Shown here in pieces: positions 60,014 through 64,000 of a stretch of DNA of 64,000 nt. Both the position numbers and the translations under genes were made by a program. Each line of letters opens with the position of its first letter. Position 1 is the stretch's first letter. The notes below the pieces were generated by a model that worked only from the letters and a program-made list of their open reading frames with translations, was not told the origin of the DNA and did not search any database. This DNA comes from Octopus bimaculoides (Eukaryota), in assembly GCF_001194135.2 (NCBI RefSeq), contig NC_068995.1:10564632-10628631 (forward strand), read 5' to 3'.

Positions 60014-62058
60014 AAGTTTTTAACTTTTAAATTTTCATATTCAAAAGAGACAGAGACTTCAAACTCGATATATCGATTTATTCACCACTCTATGTTAACA
60101 TTTATATATTATATATATATATATATATAAATATATAAATAAAAGCAATAGAAGCAATATTAATCAGAAAAGCCAATCTTTATGTCCAACTTCACTTGGA
60201 GGTTGTGTAAGAACATGGAATACTGTGTTAATTATCTTGAGAGGACTTCTCATATGGACTTGTGGCACTAAAAGTGCTAGGATTTATATCACTGACAGAT
60301 GAGAATCATCTGCTATCACCACAGGAACTGCCAGATCAAGAGATTTCACCTTGTTTTGGGCTCCTCAGTAGCAACTAAACAGCCAAATCTCTCGTCAACA
60401 ATACAAAGAGCACTGCAGGCATGGCTGTGTAAGAAGCTTGCTTCCCAATCATATGGTTCTGGGTTCAGTCCTACTGCATGGTACCTTGGGCAAGTGCCTT
60501 CTGCTATAGCCTCAGGCTGACCAAAGCCTTGTGAGTGGATTTAGTAGATGGAAACTGAAAACAAGCCCATTATATATATATATAGGTGTAGGACTCAGAA
60601 TGTAAAGCTGGACAAAATGCCACTAAGCATTTTATGTGGAATGCTAAAGATTCTGCCAGCTTACCACTCTAAAGTGTTTAAATATTATTTTCTATTCTAG
60701 GCACAAGGCCCGAAATTTTGGGGGAGGGAGCCAGTTGATTAGATCGACCCTAGTNNNNNNNNNNNNNNNNNNNNNNNNNNNNNNNNNNNNNNNNNNNNNN
60801 NNNNNNNNNNNNNNNNNNNNNNNNNNNNNNNNNNNNNNNNNNNNNNNNNNNNNNNNNNNNNNNNNNNNNNNNNNNNNNNNNNNNNNNNNNNNNNNNNNNN
60901 NNNNNNNNNNNNNNNNNNNNNNNNNNNNNNNNNNNNNNNNNNNNNNNNNNNNNNNNNNNNNNNNNNNNNNNNNNNNNNNNNNNNNNNNNNNNNNNNNNNN
61001 NNNNNNNNNNNNNNNNNNNNNNNNNNNNNNNNNNNNNNNNNNNNNNNNNNNNNNNNNNNNNNNNNNNNNNNNNNNNNNNNNNNNNNNNNNNNNNNNNNNN
61101 NNNNNNNNNNNNNNNNNNNNNNNNNNNNNNNNNNNNNNNNNNNNNNNNNNNNNNNNNNNNNNNNNNNNNNNNNNNNNNNNNNNNNNNNNNNNNNNNNNNN
61201 NNNNNNNNNNNNNNNNNNNNNNNNNNNNNNNNNNNNNNNNNNNNNNNNNNNNNNNNNNNNNNNNNNNNNNNNNNNNNNNNNNNNNNNNNNNNNNNNNNNN
61301 NNNNNNNNNNNNNNNNNNNNNNNNNNNNNNNNNNNNNNNNNNNNNNNNNNNNNNNNNNNNNNNNNNNNNNNNNNNNNNNNNNNNNNNNNNNNNNNNNNNN
61401 NNNNNNNNNNNNNNNNNNNNNNNNNNNNNNNNNNNNNNNNNNNNNNNNNNNNNNNNNNNNNNNNNNNNNNNNNNNNNNNNNNNNNNNNNNNNNNNNNNNN
61501 NNNNNNNNNNNNNNNNNNNNNNNNNNNNNNNNNNNNNNNNNNNNNNNCATATCCTTTCCTATGAAAATCTTCCAAAAGCAAAAAGCATTTAAAACTGTTG
61601 TTAGTTGAGATAAATTTTCCCCAAAACAAGACGATTGTATATTTTAAATGGTTCAAGGTTAAAAGAAAAAAAAGCTCAGTTAAAAGAAGCCCAGAGAAAA
61701 GAAAGAGGGAGAGATATAGTGCAAAAGAGAGGGGGGGAGAGATAGTGCAGAGAAACAGAGGCGGGGGAAGAGAAAGAAAGTAGGAAAGAGGTAGGGTGGG
61801 GAGGAGCTGGTGCAGAGAAAGAGAGTGAGAAGAGAGGTAGTGCAGAGGGAGGAAGAGGGATAGCACAGTGAAAAAGAGGGAAGGGGAGCTATAGCATAGA
61901 GAGAAGGCAGGAGACATAGCAGAGAGACAAAGAGCAATGGAACAGAGTGAGAGGAAGGAGACTGTAGAGAGAAAGAGAGGGAGAAAGAGGAGAAATAGCT
62001 AGAGGCGTAAAAAAAGAAAGAGAAAATCAAGCAAAAAACATGACTGCACAGAACTTAC

Positions 62059-62153
62059 TTTTGTTAGTGTCGTACAGAAAGGCATCTTCTTCAAACTTGA
62101 CCATTGGTTTGTGGGAACATAGGACAGGTTCCTGGAGCATATGGTCCACAGAC
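62059..62153 (-). CDS. Exon of an unidentified gene (SVDHMLQEPVLCSHKPMVKFEEDAFLYDTNK)
   Basis: ttttgaag/gtaagt, phase 2 to 1, continuous with 63231-63319. Confidence 0.75.
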
Positions 62154-62603
62154 CTTCAAAACGAAGATAGGAAATAATCAAGTTATAAGGATTAAGGTTT
62201 GATAGTTTGTAATTGGTCAGGTTTACTGAGGACGTTTTGCAGGGAACAGAACTAGGGTTCAAGTTTACAGCAGTGATTCTCAACCATTTTTTTTTTTTTA
62301 TCTATGGGGTCCCATAGGTATTTATTTTGCTCGGGTTGACTCTTATAGCCATTTGGTGTTTTTAAAAAAAATACTATTATATTTTTATAATTAACAATTA
62401 TTAGGAATTGCAGTAAAAAAAAATATCCGTCTTTACATTCTGAGTTCAAATTCCACCAAGGTCAACTTTGGCTTTCATCCTTTTGGGGTTGATAAATTAT
62501 GTACCAGTGACATACTGGAGGCGATGTGAGCAACTAGTACTCTCTTTCAAATTTTCAGGCCTTGTGCCTTTAGTAGAAAGGATTATTATTATTATTATTA
62601 TTG

Positions 62604-63003
62604 AGTGAGAGAGTAGTGCATGCCATTAAAGTGACACTGGGGTACAAATATACGAAGCCCAGTATACCCATCATGACTACCCGTCTGATAAGGGTACACC
62701 AGGCACATGCATCACAACCATATGTGTGCGACATGGTGATCTCATATCAAGATAAACAGCACATGACCTCGCAGGTGGGGCCCAGTTAGAATTTTCTTCA
62801 GGTCGAGTAGCCCATCCCACTCAAAGGGTCCCTGAATAACGTTTGTTTAAGGATGTTGAGTAAACCACCCATGTTTCCAAAGGTGAATTATCCAAACCCC
62901 AAAGAACTCCTCTCAACACATGGCTATGATGCTCCCCCACTACTTCTGCTCATGATCAGAGATGCACATATCGTCAGCCACCAAGGGACATGCTCAACTG
63001 GTT
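62604..63003 (+). repeat. ~400-bp interspersed-repeat-like segment nested between SINE D tails
   Basis: Flanked by (ATT)n; the short ORFs it carries have no splice support. Confidence 0.5.
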
Positions 63004-63004
63004 A

Positions 63005-63038
<34 letters not shown>

Positions 63039-63230
63039 GGGTGGCAAGTTAGCAGAATCATTAGTACGCCAGAGAAAATGCTTAGAGGTATTTTTTCCAG
63101 CTTTATGTTCTGAGTTCAAATTCCATCAAGGCCACTTTGCCTTTCATCCTCCTGAAGTCAATAAAATAAGTTCTTTATGATGATGATGGTTATAATGATG
63201 ATGATGATGATTTGAAATGCTGCTACTTAC

Positions 63231-63319
63231 TCAAAGCCGGGTTCATATGGCTCCAGTTCTAAGAAATTGAACAATGCCGGAGGAATGTAACCATTGCTGC
63301 TGGTGGTTTGACATACAGT
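63231..63319 (-). CDS. Exon of an unidentified upstream gene (TVCQTTSSNGYIPPALFNFLELEPYEPGF)
   Basis: cttttacag/gtaagt; only one open frame; phase 2 out fits the next exon. Confidence 0.75.
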
Positions 63320-63339
63320 CTGTAAAAGAAGAGAATAAA

Positions 63340-63715
63340 CATTAGCATTTGACTTTCATTGATGTTGTAAAAAAACCTCACTACCAACATATAATTCAAT
63401 GACATAAGCGGCTTTACTACTTCACATTATTGACAATAATATGAGGCTCATTATTGACAAAAATAAATACTTTACTACCTATGCATTATTGACAATGATA
63501 TAAGAGGCCTCACTACAAAGTATCATTAACAAAACAGATATTACTATCTACATGAGTGTCATTGATGTAAGAGGCCTAACTACCTACATACTATAGTCAC
63601 TGATACAAGAAACCTCATTACTGGCATATTATTGACAGAAGAGATCTTGCTATTTATACATCATTAGTATTGATGTGGAAGGATTCACTATCATATATTC
63701 TCCATTATGACACAG
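63340..63715. repeat. Degenerate ~35-45 bp minisatellite
   Basis: Recurring cattattgac and gaggcctcactac motifs. Confidence 0.65.
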
Positions 63716-63765
63716 ATATGAAGAAAATAGAAAAAAGAAAATAAACTCCAGCATCAGTGTAATCT

Positions 63766-64000
63766 TACATCATCATCATCATCATCATCATCGTTTAACG
63801 TCCGCTTTCCATGCTAGCATGGGTTGGACGATTTGACTGAGCACTGGTGAAACCGGATGGCAACACCAGGTTCCAATCTAATTTGGCAGAGTTTCTACAG
63901 CTGGATGCCCTTCCTAACGCCAACCACTCAGAGAGTGTAGTGGGTGCTTTTACGTGTCACCCGCACGAAAACGGCCACGCTCGAAATGGTGTCTTTTATG
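63766..64000 (-). mobile_element. Family C copy
   Basis: (CAT)n followed by cgtttaacgtccgctttccatgc. Confidence 0.88.

Overview
Repeat-rich, AT-rich animal genomic DNA with about ten N-gaps. The SINE repertoire and intron density suggest a coleoid cephalopod, probably Octopus (inference). It is not prokaryotic: no CRISPR, operons or rRNA. Positions 1-46670 hold the 5' part of a minus-strand ZZEF1 orthologue. I reconstructed 38 GT-AG coding exons by hand (about 1209 codons: MGNASS start, EF-hand, DOC/APC10 and CUB-like segments). Phases agree at every junction except one, where an exon is missing, most likely in the 30497-31338 gap. The gene continues past position 1. Downstream exons of a second, unidentified minus-strand gene lie at about 59.7-63.3 kb. 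The rest is nested mobile DNA: four main SINE/RTE-tail families, piggyBac-, hAT- and Tc1-type MITEs, mariner, maT and hAT-like transposase fossils, an RTE LINE fragment and a tRNA-His pseudogene. Almost all ORFs in the supplied track are repeat or gap artefacts. The best novel lead is a type I hammerhead ribozyme with a fully intact catalytic core in a ZZEF1 intron, sense to the pre-mRNA (17143-17211), with two further hammerhead relics of the Penelope-element type. Other leads: a candidate non-myristoylated alternative first exon, a TTAA-flanked MITE carrying telomeric repeats, a promoter-proximal tandem array, and a strong SINE orientation bias. All alignments were done by eye against a human ZZEF1 sequence recalled from memory; no database searches were run.
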